This document shows positions 50,701 through 64,000 of a stretch of 64,000 bases of DNA, one piece after another. This DNA comes from Paraspadella gotoi (taxonomy: Eukaryota > Animalia > Chaetognatha), in the NCBI GenBank assembly GCA_051294375.1, contig CM119263.1, forward strand, positions 14,745,574 to 14,809,573, in the 5' to 3' direction. The notes under the pieces are model-generated. The model worked only from the letters and a program-made list of their open reading frames with translations, made no database searches and was not told the DNA's origin. The stretch's first letter is position 1, and each line of letters starts with the position of its first letter. The position numbers were made by a program, and so were the translations under genes.

Positions 50701-53700
50701 CTTGCGCCGGTTCGCGAAGATTGGCAACGGGCTAGAGTACAAAAGACAGTATATACTGACACGGATAAACACGTGCAGATTCGAGGTATCTGCATAAGTC
50801 GGGTGTACGCGATAATCTTAAGGAGAATTCCTTCGGCGCGTCGAGCGAGGAGCGAATTCGAGGAGCAGGAACAGGAGTGAACAGACCATATGGAGTAATC
50901 ACGAATGCGACCGAGCGCTGACGACGCCTCATAGTGACATATCACAAGAATGACAGAGCAGCGGACAAGAGTAACATTCGACTTCAGGTACAAGAGACTG
51001 GCGGATCTATATAAATCAACCACTATCTATACCAGATTTGACATAGAGTGATACGACTACAAGATTGACCAACTGCGACAGAATCCTAGGAGACAAAGTG
51101 ACAGATTGATGAAGACTCAGATGAAACTGGACAAGCTCAGCAGCGAGAGAGGACAGATTGCGTATGGACCACTTCATACAAAGACAGAATCTGATTCGTT
51201 ATGATTGTCCCGGTTTATTCTGGACAAGAGTGACAGAGAAGTTACATGAGCAAGTAAAAAATTCTGCACAGAGCTGGACAGAACCAACAAGAGTTGACCA
51301 GAGTATCAAGGAGTGACAGATCAACAAGGACATTAGAGAGAATCTGTGACATCGAAATTTAATATATATCTCCGGCATTCCTATTATTTACTGGTAATGA
51401 TTCTGTAATAAACACTTATACTAACTTATATATTATTTGAGTTTATACAGAGGTGTAAGTGAGAAAGAAAGAATTAATTATATATATTAATTGTTTTACT
51501 TACGACGGATGATCAGACATGACGATAACAGGTGATCCACGACGACACACTGATGACGATGGACGATGGCTAAGCAGTACGTCTCTAACCTCACGCGGTG
51601 CTGTTGCGCGAGATAACACAGCGTTTAGACGGCAAATACGAGTAAGTATCTGGGAGGAAAAGCCGAAAGGACGAACATGACTGATTACATTGGGCTAGGG
51701 CAGAGAGACCAAGGCCCACGGTTATATCTCTGGTCAGCCGCAGACACGCCTGCAGACGCGCGTCTTTCGCGCGCCTATCGCCTGTCTTCCTGATCTATCT
51801 TCTTGCGACGACACCTTCCATCTCCTTTAAACAGCAACATTACTGTGCTATGCAAGCCTCTCAAGGCAATTCTCTAAGGTCTAATATTCCTATCTTTAGA
51901 CAGCATTTGAGAGTGAGGTAGTCCCTTGTTGGGAGCGAATGACTTTTCAAGTCAAAGTTCAGAGACCTGCATTTATTTACTATAAGAGCAGGGATTTATA
52001 AGTTCGATCTTAATTAGAGATTTGTAATTGGGTTGGGTTATGCGGAACAAGTTCTATAAATTCTGATATCAGCCACAGAATAAGAGCGCTTTTATGAGAA
52101 ACAAAAGCGCATTTTTATTGCAACCTGCATCGACACACTAGTTTTTCACCTAAAAATTTCATACAATTTTCTTTTCACAAATTTGCGCATTTATGTCCTT
52201 TTACCCCTTGCATATATTAATCTTGTATATCGTAACGTTGTTTACTTTCAGAATTGTTGTCAACTTTCCAAGATTTTTTTCAACTTGCTTATTTTTTCTT
52301 ACTATGATTTAATTTTTTCAACTTGCGAGTAAGTGATCTGATGCTGGGCGGGTATCGAATCCCGTACCGAACCATTATATCTTGTATTTAGTAAATTTAT
52401 CATAATCAGAATATGCCAATTTATAGTTATTAAGTATCGAATTCATATAATTTTAGTCCGAACCACTGAGCATTCTTCTATTTCGTAGTACGTCTCATCC
52501 TTTTACACCAATTAGTGATAAAAAATTTTGAATGGAACTCTGTCTATAGTGGATAATGGCTTTCAAATGACACTATAGAGATACCCCAAACTAAAGTCCA
52601 TATTTTGTCATCTACTTGACAGAATCAGAGTCTTTTCCTTGATAATACCTCACTTATTATTGATCAACTAAATCTTATCATGTGAACCTGAAAGTAAACT
52701 TGTTCATAGATAATTATTCCGAAGTAATATCTAATACACATCCGACCTATTGTTGTGCTTCAATTTCTTCTTACTATAATTTAATTATATTATCAGATTG
52801 ATGTATTGGCGAGCGAGATCAGTATCTTACCGGACAATATACCGCGTTTTGTCGAGCCCATGGACGGACCCGACAAGTCGGAATCTCAGAACCAAGCAGA
52901 TCCGACTAAAAGTTAAGCAAAATGGGGCATTCCTGGGAAAATAAGGCAGCGTTTGTAAAATTATTTAAAGAGTGAGCAGGAAACCAGAGTTAAATAGAGA
53001 CAGACAGAGCGACGGATCCAAAAGTAATACATTATTATCAAGGTCTACAGAATAAGTCTGTCCAGTTTAGCCCTGATCAACCAATCAAAGAATAGGTCAA
53101 GCGATGTTCATACACTTTGCCAATCTACTCATAAAATCAGTTTTAGCCTGACAGTCGTTCAACCAGTTAATCCATTGACCTGAATTTTTTCATTCTCATG
53201 TCTTTTTTTCGCTCGTATAACCGAATCCTGATTCAACAACTGTCCGTCTTTTTTCTCATCTTTCGCAAAAGATATGATTCTGCCGAATCAATTTCTAAGA
53301 AAATAAGATTAGGGAACGTTGAGTTTAATATTGATGTTGTTTAAGCTTGATAAGAGGTAGTGAGAATGAAGAAGGAAGATGAAAGAAAGAATCTGGAAAA
53401 GGAAAAAACAAGAACCGGTTTAAGTAGATGAGTCGCAGTCTACTTTTCTGAGTCCGGTCTATCGGTCGTCGCCGTCCGGTTATGGCTTACGTCTGTCCGC
53501 GTCCTGTTCCACTTAATTTTCCCTATAGTTGGTCTGCTTTTTTTTAATGTTAAGACAGGAAACCCAAATCTAAGTGCAACAGCGAGCCGACGCATCATTC
53601 AAGAAATCCTAAAACTAAAATGAGAATAAAAGCGGGAATTTTGAATGGCACGTGCATGTCATAAAATGTACGGCTAAGGAAAGTTATTGGTTGTCATGTA

Positions 53701-54696
53701 AGTCTTGATGTCAGTCATGTCATGTCTTGTCATGTCATGTCAGTTGCCACGAGAAATACACGTGATAAGGCAAGTCACTGCGGCGCAACTCATTTGAATT
53801 ACCCGTTCTGTTTTTGTTATTTGACAATGCAAGTAAAACCGAAACAATTGCACATTTTGGCAAATTTAGGTTAAATTATTCTTAAATACCAAAATGATGC
53901 AAGTATAGCACAGGTTCAAAAATGCGATCCTGAGCTGCTATTTCGATTATTCCGCGCGCAATAATAATACTACTGCAGCGCAATATTGCCTTTCTTATCT
54001 CCTCTGCGTCTGTTTCCTTTATTGAAATACTGAATATTAAATTATTAAACATTATTAATTAACTTAAATATTAATGTAGCTTAATAATATAATTTGTTAA
54101 GTAACAGTGCGTTTCCCCATAGGTAATTGCTCCATTTTTACTCCTCTATGATCTTGCTATCCAGCTCATCTATCCTCTTCCCTATCTTAACTTTTCCTCT
54201 CTTCCTCCTTTCCTGTTCCTTTCCTTGTCTTTTCTCTCTTCCTCCTCTCCCTTTCTTTTTCTTTCCTCATCTTCCTCCTCACCTTTTTCTTCTTTCTTTC
54301 TTCCCTCTTTTTCTCTCCATTTTTCCTTCCTTTCTTTTTCCCACTTCCTCTTTCTCCTCTCCTTTTTCTTTCCTCTTTCCCTTTCCTCCTTCCTCCTCTC
54401 GTTTTTCGCTTTCCTTTCGCGCTTTCTTTCATCTCTTTCTCCTCTTCTTTTTTATTTCTTTCTTTTCCTTTTTCAAGCCCGTCGTAGACCAACACGACCG
54501 ACCTGCGATTACAATCTGTTTATGACGTAAAACATGAAAAAGTCAACAAAAGGATAAAGCCTCTCTCTCTCTCTCCTCCTCTCTCTCTCTCCCGAAGCGA
54601 TGCGCGCTGCGGGCGTATTCGTTTGCGTGTCGAACGTGTGAAGGGGACACGCGCCGCAACTTGCCATAGGTGCGCGTGCCGCAGAGAAGAAGGACG

Positions 54697-54732
<36 letters not shown>

Positions 54733-56044
54733 AAGGTAAGACGTGCAGAAAGACAGCCTTTTTAATTCGACTCGCTTATGTCACTCTGGATTAAATTTCA
54801 GTACCTTCGATCTTGTCGACTTTTTCTCTTCTTCTTTTTTTCTTTCAAGCATCAGATTTTTCATTTTCTTCATTTTCTTGTGACTCGATAATGTAAACTA
54901 TGTAAAACGTTGACAATGTGTATTTTCACGTCAACTGTATTAATTATTATTTTCATGAAACATCTTTTAAAAATTACTTGTTTTCACACATTTTAACGTT
55001 TTTTAACATTTTAGATATATTTATTATTCATTATAATTTTATTCTTATTAACATTATTCTCTTATTTTCTTTGAACTACCTAAACTAGGTAATATTTATT
55101 TATTGGGACATGATTACTTGCGTGAGTGTATATATGCTTATATAAATAAATATATATAGCAATAACAAAATTTGACATCTGTAATGAAATAAAAAGAGAC
55201 AAGTCTAACCAGCAGAATTTATAAAGAGTTTGTAATTATTTTTTCCTTCGATATTTTTCGACTTCTCGCATTTTTAGTTCCGCCGCGAGTACCTTCTTTA
55301 AGAGGAAAAGTCATCCATACACTATAGTCATCATTGCACTGTGCGTTAGAGCTTATTATCGAGAAATACATATAGTGCATCCAGTATATCACAAAGAAAT
55401 AAGTTCTTATTTTATTTGTGGTTCATTCTGTTCAATATTTTTTTTTAAAATGGGTAATAACAAATTGTTAAGTTAAATGGGATAAGCCACATTTTAAGAT
55501 TTGTTTTTAATCTGGTTGTATAAAAAAAATTCTATGGATCAAGATGAAGTTAAATACGACGGCTATGGGGATATTTAGAAGGGAGAAATTAAACAATTAA
55601 TCTTCAGTTAAATAATTGGTAAAAGAAATTACGAGCTACAATGAATCTCAAGCGACTGAATTTGAAGAGTTTCAGCCCTAAAGACTGGCAACACTAATAA
55701 TGAATTAATAAATAGTTGAAATTTAAAAACGTTTCCATTATTCAAGAGATAACCAAGGTTGCAAATGTAAACAATGGTCTCTCTAATTAACAGTTTATCT
55801 AATAATCAGAGTAATCACAAGAAATTCAGTAAGAAAAAAAGATAATCAGATAAGCGATTGGCCTCGCTTCGTTTGACGCTGCAACTCTTTCTAGATAAGG
55901 TTTCTTGTATTTAATACTTATACGGATTAAAAGCCGATACCTAAAATGGGGTAGAATGGCACCGTGTGCATCAAAATCTGCTATTAATGTGAATATATAT
56001 ATCGAATGTCTCAGGAGCTACAAGCTTTCGAATTTGGTACTCAC

Positions 56045-56165
56045 CATTTTAGTCGCTAATTTCTAGAAAGTTGATAAATTGAATGATCGAGCACGCGTTT
56101 ATCTTATAAGTCGCTTTCTCGTCTCGTCTGTCGTCGGTCGGTATGTCTGTCCGTCGTCAGTCAAC
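56045..56165 (+). mobile_element. Possible Helentron-associated (HINE/DINE-like) non-autonomous element end
   Basis: TTTTAGTCGC..CACGCG..TATAAGTCGCTTT followed by a (GTCN)n tract; related snippets near 36030 and 53430-53505. Confidence 0.3.
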
Positions 56166-56951
56166 TTACTTTTAAAGAGAGCACGTCCATAACGGGCGCC
56201 TGATAATTGTTTGCTCATTTGAAAAAACCGGCCTCATGTAGGAGATGACTGTCTAGGCTGGGGGCCGGCCCGGAGGAAATCTTAAAACTTAAAACGTATA
56301 ATAAGCAAATGTAGGGCTAAATATGAATGAGAGATAAAGACGATAAGCTAGTGTCAGAGCAACACCTAGGCTAAGGGAAAGATCGAATGGGTGGCGCAAA
56401 ACCGAACATTTATGAATTTCCGTTAATTGGTTTTTTTGCATTTATTACGATCGCAGGTTCAAAAAAAAAAAAGTAGAGTGAGAATGGAAAAATTGAAAGA
56501 TTTGACACTGTTTGATAATATTTCTGAAAGGAAAAATTTATCGTAGGTTGACAAATTTGACGTCGTAGCGTTGAAGAATTTTTGTTTATAAATAATAATA
56601 ATAATAAATAATAATATAACATAATTATAGAGAAAGATGTTATTAGATAAGATAAATAGAGTGAATGGAAGAAGAGTAAGAAATAAAAGGATGAAAAAAA
56701 TATTTCGAAATGCGTGTTTTTTTTATAGTGGGCTAATGTTTTATAACTGCTTAAGGCAAAAATTGTAACTGTTTCTGGTTTGATGTCACCCGGAGTGACA
56801 TCCTGACTTTTACCCCTGTTTTTCCTCCACCCTACTCTTTCCTTTTTCCAATAGACATCCTGATTTGATCTCTTCTGTGATTGGTTTTTCAGGAAGGCTT
56901 GCATAATGAGGAGACGCAGGGACTGGGCAGCAGATGAGAGAGAGAGAGAGC

Positions 56952-56982
<31 letters not shown>

Positions 56983-58328
56983 TAGAGAGAAAGAGAGAGA
57001 GAGAGAGAGCACGAGCTGAAATATTCTCTTGGTTATGAGAATATGAACGAGACAGAGAGAATCTTCTCCCTATTTTCAGCTCCCCTGTCCAATAAAAACA
57101 CTGATATCATCTCCCCATGGGGTTGTTTTTCTTCCAAGCTCGCGGAAAGAAAGAGGAAGCACGAGCGAGAGAGGGAGAGGAAGTTGATAGAGAGCGAGGC
57201 AAACATAAAGGTGCGGTCTCGGCGGATGCTGAGGAGAAGAGGAAGGAGAGAGTGAGAGAGAAAAGATTAATGCTTTTCTATTTTTTTTTTGGAGGGGGGG
57301 GAATTAGAAAAGCATAAAAGGCGGGAACAACATTCAACATATGTTATATAAACGCACATTAAACGATATCGACAAAATCTTTAGAACTAATTTCGTCCCA
57401 AAAAAGGAAGCAAAAATGTGTTGCCCAGGCCCCCCCCCTTTTGTAAACGATGCGCCGCGGCGCCATCGACGGCAGAAGGGCCACTGGGCCAGCGAGGAAA
57501 AAAAAACCGCGGAATGTTCGATGCGAAGAAACAGCGAACCGGTCTTCGTACAAAGAGATAAAAAAAAAAGAAGAAAGGGGGGAGGAAGAATGGAGAGAGA
57601 GAGAGAGAGCGAGGGAGGAGTATCGGGAAACCGAAAACAGGGTCCGGCGTGCCCGGCGGGTCCGGGGTCTCTTCCTAATTGGGGTCACTTCTTTCAGGGT
57701 GGAATCGCTCTCGTCGGGGCTCGTCGCCGATCAACGAGATAGAAAACGCGTTCGTGGGGCGCGGAAGGGGATAAAAGGAGCAAGGATAGGGGGAATAGGA
57801 GCAAGGAGAGTGGGGGAAGAGGATCGAAGCGGGCGGGATGTAAGGAGGAAAGGAGACGAGAAACAAAAAGCGAATTTATTTAAAGTTTAAATCTGGCTCT
57901 TCTTGGGGGAATTAAATCTGAAAAAAATATTAGGGCTCAAAAGGCATTACATCTTATCTTTTATATATATATATCTGGAAAAATATTTGGAAAAAGTTCA
58001 GTTTGACGTTTGACATAGAACGTAGGACATTGGACTAGCAGGAACAGTTAACCGAATCGGAACCACTGAATCCGAGTCTCTTATCTCGAGTCTTCGCGGC
58101 GGACCCCTGTAGGGCCGGATCTAGACAACGGGGGTCCCAAGGGAGGGGGGTTCGAAAAGGGAGAGTTACTTGGAGGGGGCGGGGGGGCGGGGTGGGGTAC
58201 CACTGGTAGCTCGTTCGTCGACACCGCAGGATCTTTCTCGCGGGGGGTTCTGGCAACCGGCGCCGGGCAAAGCAAATGTTGTACCTGGTTTGGACTCTCT
58301 GACGTCTCTCAGTTGAGAGTTGGAGGAA

Positions 58329-58408
<80 letters not shown>

Positions 58409-58991
58409 AGACAGAGAGAGAGAGAATGGAAAAATGAAGAAAAGAAAAGAGGATGGGATGAGGAAAAACGATTGGAATGCGCGTCGGAGGTGGAAAAACG
58501 CCGGTGGTAACTCGAACGGAAGAAATGTATGAGGGTTGGGTCTCGGGTGCTGGGGCGCCATGGTGTGCGCCGTGGTGTGCGCCGTGGTGCGCCATGGTGT
58601 GAGGAAAGAACTCAGCCGAGTTGGTAGCCAACTTTTATGACAAGGTTGAGAAAACAAGGCCGGAGGATCAAAGGAAACGGAAAGAAAAGGAAAGGGGGGA
58701 AAAGCAAGGGGAAATGAAGGGGGGGGGCCCGAGGGGGGGGGGGGGAAAAAAAGGGAGCTAATTCCCGAAATTAATGCGCGGTGTCCGATTCTTCGCCGCA
58801 ACATTGGCGCACACATTATTACGGTCATTGTCTGCTTCCGGATTTAATTGTGACGCAGATGATGAGATGATTATTAGCTTCGACTCTTTTCCTCCAGAGA
58901 ATTTCTCTTATTAGAATGTTTGTTTGCTCATCTCGATAGGTTTTAACGGCTTTTTTGATTATATCATTACAAATATGAGGAATTTTCCATT

Positions 58992-59208
58992 TGTTGGCTT
59001 TTGGGGTTTCGACCCTCAGTGACACCTCCAGTCACTGGCGCGGTTACCCCTAGGACGGTTCTAGCTTTGGCCAACGCAGGGGAGTCGTGTGAGAACTGTG
59101 GAATGTGTGGATGGAAACGCAAGACCTGGGATGTGTGCGTTCCCCCTCGGACCAATGTATTGGCTGAACGATGTGAGACGTTGAGGCGGTTAAATATTAC
59201 CACAACAC
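58992..59208 (+). ncRNA. Structured element, error-rich duplicate of copy B
   Basis: Lies inside the 58770-64000 duplication, so it is not an independent copy. Confidence 0.45.
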
Positions 59209-60210
59209 AATCATCCATCTTTTGGTCAATAAGCCACGGTATGAATATTACTCTATCCGTTACTTAAATCGCACAACAACATAAAAGCCAGCGCCCGCCA
59301 TTGAGGAATCGCTCCGCGGTCGTAGACGCCATTGCCGGACGGCGTTCTCGTCCTGGCGTCGTTTTCCCGTCCCGGCGTTCTACGCTCAAAACGACCGCCG
59401 GTTTTATTGGCCGCCAATTTCGGCCGAATCCGGCCGATTAAAATACCGACGCCGCAGTTTTTCTTCGACTGTTAAAACGGCGCCGTTTTTCAAAGGAATT
59501 CGTCGATTCGTAACGAAACGGCGGTGAGAATTAATTTTTGAAAGGAGCGCCCGGGTTGGACAACGGGGCTTTGGAGGCCGCCGAAGCGGTCGCCGCCGTC
59601 ATGTCGTCGCGGGGCGCCGAGTGACGAATATATCGTCTTCTGCGTCAAGCGTCGCTTTAGATTCATATCGTCGTGGTTGTTGACGTCGTCGAAATCATCG
59701 TCGTAATAATTCTTATTGATTCAATCATCATCATAACGTAATGAACTTAGCGTCGTCATCGTCATCCCCCGGTGTTAATGCCATTGGGAGATTTAACTTG
59801 AGCAATGTCATTATTCATCATCATCATTATCGTCGGTGGTCGTCATCGTCGTCGTCACGATACCCCGCCAAAACGCTCTCACTCTCCCAAGCGACGAATC
59901 TTGTCAGAGGCATTGATCGAATTTAAATGGAAAATAAAATCTCACGGGGAAGAGGATGGAGACGACGAGGAAGGAGTAGGAAGAGAGAGGGAAGACGATA
60001 AAGAAAAAGGAAAAGAAAAAGAAGAAGAAAGCAGAGGAAATGTAAAGGATTAAACGGACTTGAAAAAAGAAAATAAACTCGATACAGAATAAGAGAGGGA
60101 AGAATGAAGAATTGAAGACCAAGTTTAGAAGAAGGTAGTAGAGACTAAGTCACTAAGGAGAACCTGATAAAAAATGAGACGACAAAATCGAGAAGCAGAA
60201 GAATGGGAAG

Positions 60211-60244
<34 letters not shown>

Positions 60245-61532
60245 TGAAGGAGGAGAAAAAGAGAATAAAAAATTTAAATTCTTGAATTCACGTTTTGAGT
60301 CTCTGGAGTCGCGCGAACGACACCTGGGGAGGACGGCGCCCATCTGCGCAGCCGGCGTCGGCGGCGGCGTCGGAGGCTGATATTGGCGGCGTCGGCCACT
60401 GACGTCGGCTGCAACTGCAGCGGTTAAGCACGTCTCTTTCGGCGGCCCGGAAGTTGTATACGTAATTAATTTCCGCGGTTTTAATGTTTTCAAATTTAAG
60501 GCGGGAGTAACAGAAATGTTTCTAGCTGGCAACGAGGCAGATTGTATTCTATATAGTTAAAATTACTGTATTGTACATGTATATCAAATTATTATTTTTT
60601 ACATTCTTAAAGCCGTTATTAATTTGAACCAGACATTCGAACGAAAAATGTCAGTAAATTATTATCTTTTCTGAAACATAGCATGAGACTTAGGTGCTCT
60701 TCAGTAAAAAACTAGTATCGAGGAAGCATTAGCCGAGTGACATTAGCAACTTTCTTTGCGTCGAAAATGCGTTCTGGCGTTGAAAAGGGGTAAACCTTTT
60801 TACGGATCTCAGCTGTTTCCATGGCAACATATCTCGCGACTTGTCTGTTGCTCTCACTCCGCACTCTACTTTCGCTAGATTATTGCGCCTTCGACTTTTT
60901 TCTTGCATTCTTTTTAAAGCAATTTATTGAACGTGAATTTCGCATTATCTTTTCTATATTTAAATGAGGTGTGCGAATCTATTTTGTCTTTCAGAACCCT
61001 AGATAGGTTTTGAAAAGGATACTTACTTACATAGTGACTTACCTTAGCCAAAGTGAAAAAAATAAAAATGCTTATAAAATCATTTGTTTTTTTTTAAACT
61101 TAAAAAAACAAACCTATTAGCGGCATTATCCTTTCACCGTGAACAGCATCACCGTTTTCACGCTCGATTCTAACAACAGAAATCACTTTTTCCTTTTTCC
61201 CGACCAAAGTCATTTCCACGGCAAGTTCTCTCATCCCCTTCCACTGGATTCAGTCTCCCATTATCAAATTTCAAAACACCAGATCTGCATATTTACGACG
61301 AAAAGCAAAACGCGATTTCTCCGCAAAAAAAAAAGACATTTCCCTTTTTTTTTCTATCTCCCTCTCTCTCTCGCGAAATTTCTATTGACATTAAGCTCTC
61401 CCACGGTTTTTATTTCATTCAAAGAACGGAGAACGAGTAGGGAGGAGAGAGAAAGGGAGGGAAGACAAAGAGAAGGGTGAATGTTGGGAGACATGGATAG
61501 AAAAGAAATGAAGATGAGAGTGAGAGAGAGAG

Positions 61533-61563
<31 letters not shown>

Positions 61564-63762
61564 AGGAGAAGCACCACTAGGAGGCGAGAGAAAGGAATAG
61601 GAAAAAATTAGGAAAAAAGAAAAAAGAAAAAGAGGAAAAGGATGTACGTGAGAAAAATGGAAGAAGTTAAAAAAGAAAAGCGAAGGAAAAGAAAGCGAAG
61701 AAGGAAAATGCAAAATTTCGCGGAAGAATTTTTTTTTCCTCCCGCGCCGGTTTTTGAAGCCGGCTATGAAGAGGAATGGTGCGACGTGGATTGTGGGTAG
61801 AGGGAAGGGAGGAAAAATGGGAGGAAAGGAATGAGAGGAAAACTGTAAGGGTTAGGTAGGAATGGATGGAAGGGCTGAAAATTCGGGAGAAGGAAGGATA
61901 AAAATGAAATTAAAAGGGGAGCGAGAACGAAAAGAGTCCGGAAGGGGACAGGATGGTAGGGCGACATGAAAATGGATGTAACGAATGGAGGAGAAGGGAA
62001 CAAAGAATAATAGGCGGCACGAGTTTAGACGGTCGTCGGCATACGGTAATTAGTCGGGGCGGGCGAACTCGCTGTAAAAAAAAGGTGGTGTTTTTGATGA
62101 GGCTGGAGATAGCGGAGGAACATCCCAGCGAAGAAGACAAAGAAATACTGAAGGAATCTCGCTGACTGAGTTGGAATTTCTTTTTTCCGTCGGAGAGGGA
62201 GGCTCGAAAAATTGAGGATTTCGTTGGGTTGGTTTTTTAGTTGAAAGTTATTTTATACGGTAATCCGTCGTCGTCGTCGTCGTCGTCGTGTCGTCTGTCA
62301 TATTTGTTTTCTTTTTGTCTGAGAAGCAGATTGGCGATAAAACGGTTGACGACCTTCGCTCACGTCAATGGTCGCTTTTCTGCGTCACCGCTCGAAACTA
62401 TAAAGGCCGCAGATAAGGTTCTCTGACGCAACTACAAGAAATAATAAGCGACGAGGAGCTTTTTGCAGAAGAATGTTTTCAAAAGAAAGTGCCGCTCGAA
62501 AAAAAAGCTCGACGAGAACCGTGAGCGAAACGTCCGTTGCAAAAGTGGCAAAAAAAAAATATCAGTTGGCCGAAGAGCGTGTTGCTCCTTTCTTTCCGAT
62601 TCCTTTGACCTTTTCCGACTTCTCTGGGCCTCTTTTTCCCTTTCTTGTTGACTCTTTCCCTGCGCAACCTTCTAAACTCGTCCTTTACTTTTGCCCTCCA
62701 GCTCCTCTCACCTTCCCCTCCTCTTCTTTTCCACTTCTCCGAAAACGAAAAATACCATAAAATTGCCAACTCATTTTTCCGTTTCTGACCTCACGGTTTG
62801 AAACGCATCTTCAAACCGATTTTCCTTTTCTCTTCCCCCATTTTTTTTTTCACTTTTCGAATACACACTCTTTTTTTTGCTCTTGTTCTTTCGTTGTGCA
62901 AAAATACATACAAGATTCTTTCGGCCCTGAAGTGTCGCCTCGACCCAGGTTTATACCGAGAAAATTGCGGAGGAGTAGAAGCCAAAAGGGGATGACATCG
63001 GAGGCAAAGAGCCAAAAAGCTAAAAAGACAAATCTTAAAAATACAGAAACAAAAAAAAACAAAAAAAAAAAAAAGGAAATACTATCAAATACTAGCCTTA
63101 CTTATAGAACTCACAGCTAAAAAAGTGGTTTATTACCTTTAAATTTCCCTTTCAAAAGTTCACTCTGTCAAAACCCGTATGAAAAAAAATTCTGGAATTT
63201 AAAATTGGAAATAGATAAAAAAGTCAAATGAGTTGCAAAATATTATGGGGAGAGAAATTAGAACAAACAAGAAAATAAATAACCAACTAAGGTGCAGATG
63301 AAAAAATAAAAGAAAAATGACAAGTTGGCTGAAAGGAAAAAATGGAGGTTATTGCACAAACAATGGGAATGGGAAAAAAAAACCCCGTGAGTAAGAGAAA
63401 CGCTACTAACAGAGGTAGCTTCAGTCGTTCTGTCAGAATCTCATTTGCATTTGTCGTATTAATCATTTTTTTTAATAATTTTGTAGTTAACCGGTTGTGC
63501 TTTTTTCAATGTGAAATCTGGCGCGTGCTCGACGCAATCTTTGGCGTCTTTCTATAAAATTATTTGTTTTTTAAGAAACAAGAATAATTTGAACTGAAAA
63601 AAAAAATTATACGAAAACACAATAAATTATTTAGATGATCAAACGCTCAAATCTCTTTTAGAAGCTTTTTTACAGTTCAGTGACTCTTGTCCTCTAATTA
63701 ACGTAAAGATTATATTCACATTTTATTCATTTCCCTTTTTCCACCCATTACCCCTCGCACAG

Positions 63763-64000
63763 GCGTCCTCGCCTTGGTCTACCGATGTTCCAAAGACTTC
63801 ATCGAGGACTTCGACGCCCTCGAGCGCCTCAAGGCGCTGCGGGCGGAGGAAGACCCGGACTTCGACCTCGCCTCCGCCTACGACTTGGACGAGACGGCCT
63901 CTCGCGCCCAGTCGCGCGTCGAGAGCTTCTACGGACGAAGCCGGGCCGACAAGACGGAGACCGACTCTCAGTACAGCGAGGGGCCACCCATGGGTCGAAA
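63763..64000 (+). CDS. Duplicate of the 42715-43004 terminal exon, truncated by the window end
   Basis: Near-identical sequence, with the acceptor AG at 63761-63762. Confidence 0.7.

Larger units (their letters stand above)
56795..64000. repeat. Permuted duplicate of 37778-45380
   Basis: 56795-58715 equals 43515-45380; a G/A-homopolymer junction follows; 58770-64000 equals 37778-42950. Confidence 0.9.

Noticed and set aside
52340-52370. GGGTATCGAATCCCG, tRNA B-box-like
   Set aside because: No A-box or cloverleaf; at most a SINE remnant in noisy sequence.

Overview
Eukaryotic (metazoan, probably invertebrate) draft-scaffold sequence, rich in (GA)n/(CT)n and (GAC)n microsatellites, with N gaps. 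Four gaps are exactly 25 N long, and the adjoining stretches are indel-ridden, resembling raw long-read gap filling. Most ORF-track entries are microsatellite or gap artefacts. Reading by splice sites gives: (i) exons of two or three invertebrate claudin-like (PMP22/claudin superfamily) genes at 0.1-6 kb on both strands, plus a probable claudin-type terminal exon at 42.7 kb (duplicated at 63.8 kb); (ii) a two-exon crooked/quiver-type Ly6 three-finger gene at 46.2-47.1 kb; (iii) pieces of unidentified minus-strand gene(s) at 33.7-42 kb with an X-box/ETS promoter. Non-coding highlights: a ~200-nt multi-hairpin element in two diverged copies with a compensatory base-pair change (34.65 and 38.0 kb, the latter duplicated at 59.0 kb), Penelope-type minimal hammerhead motifs in inverted repeats (23.7 and 24.7 kb), a decayed Ty3/Gypsy gag-pol (48.3-50.7 kb) and TCACGTGA clusters. 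The large duplications (three copies of a ~5.4-kb unit; 37.8-45.4 kb repeated in permuted order at 56.8-64 kb) are probably assembly or haplotype artefacts. All family assignments are by eye from motifs; no searches were run.
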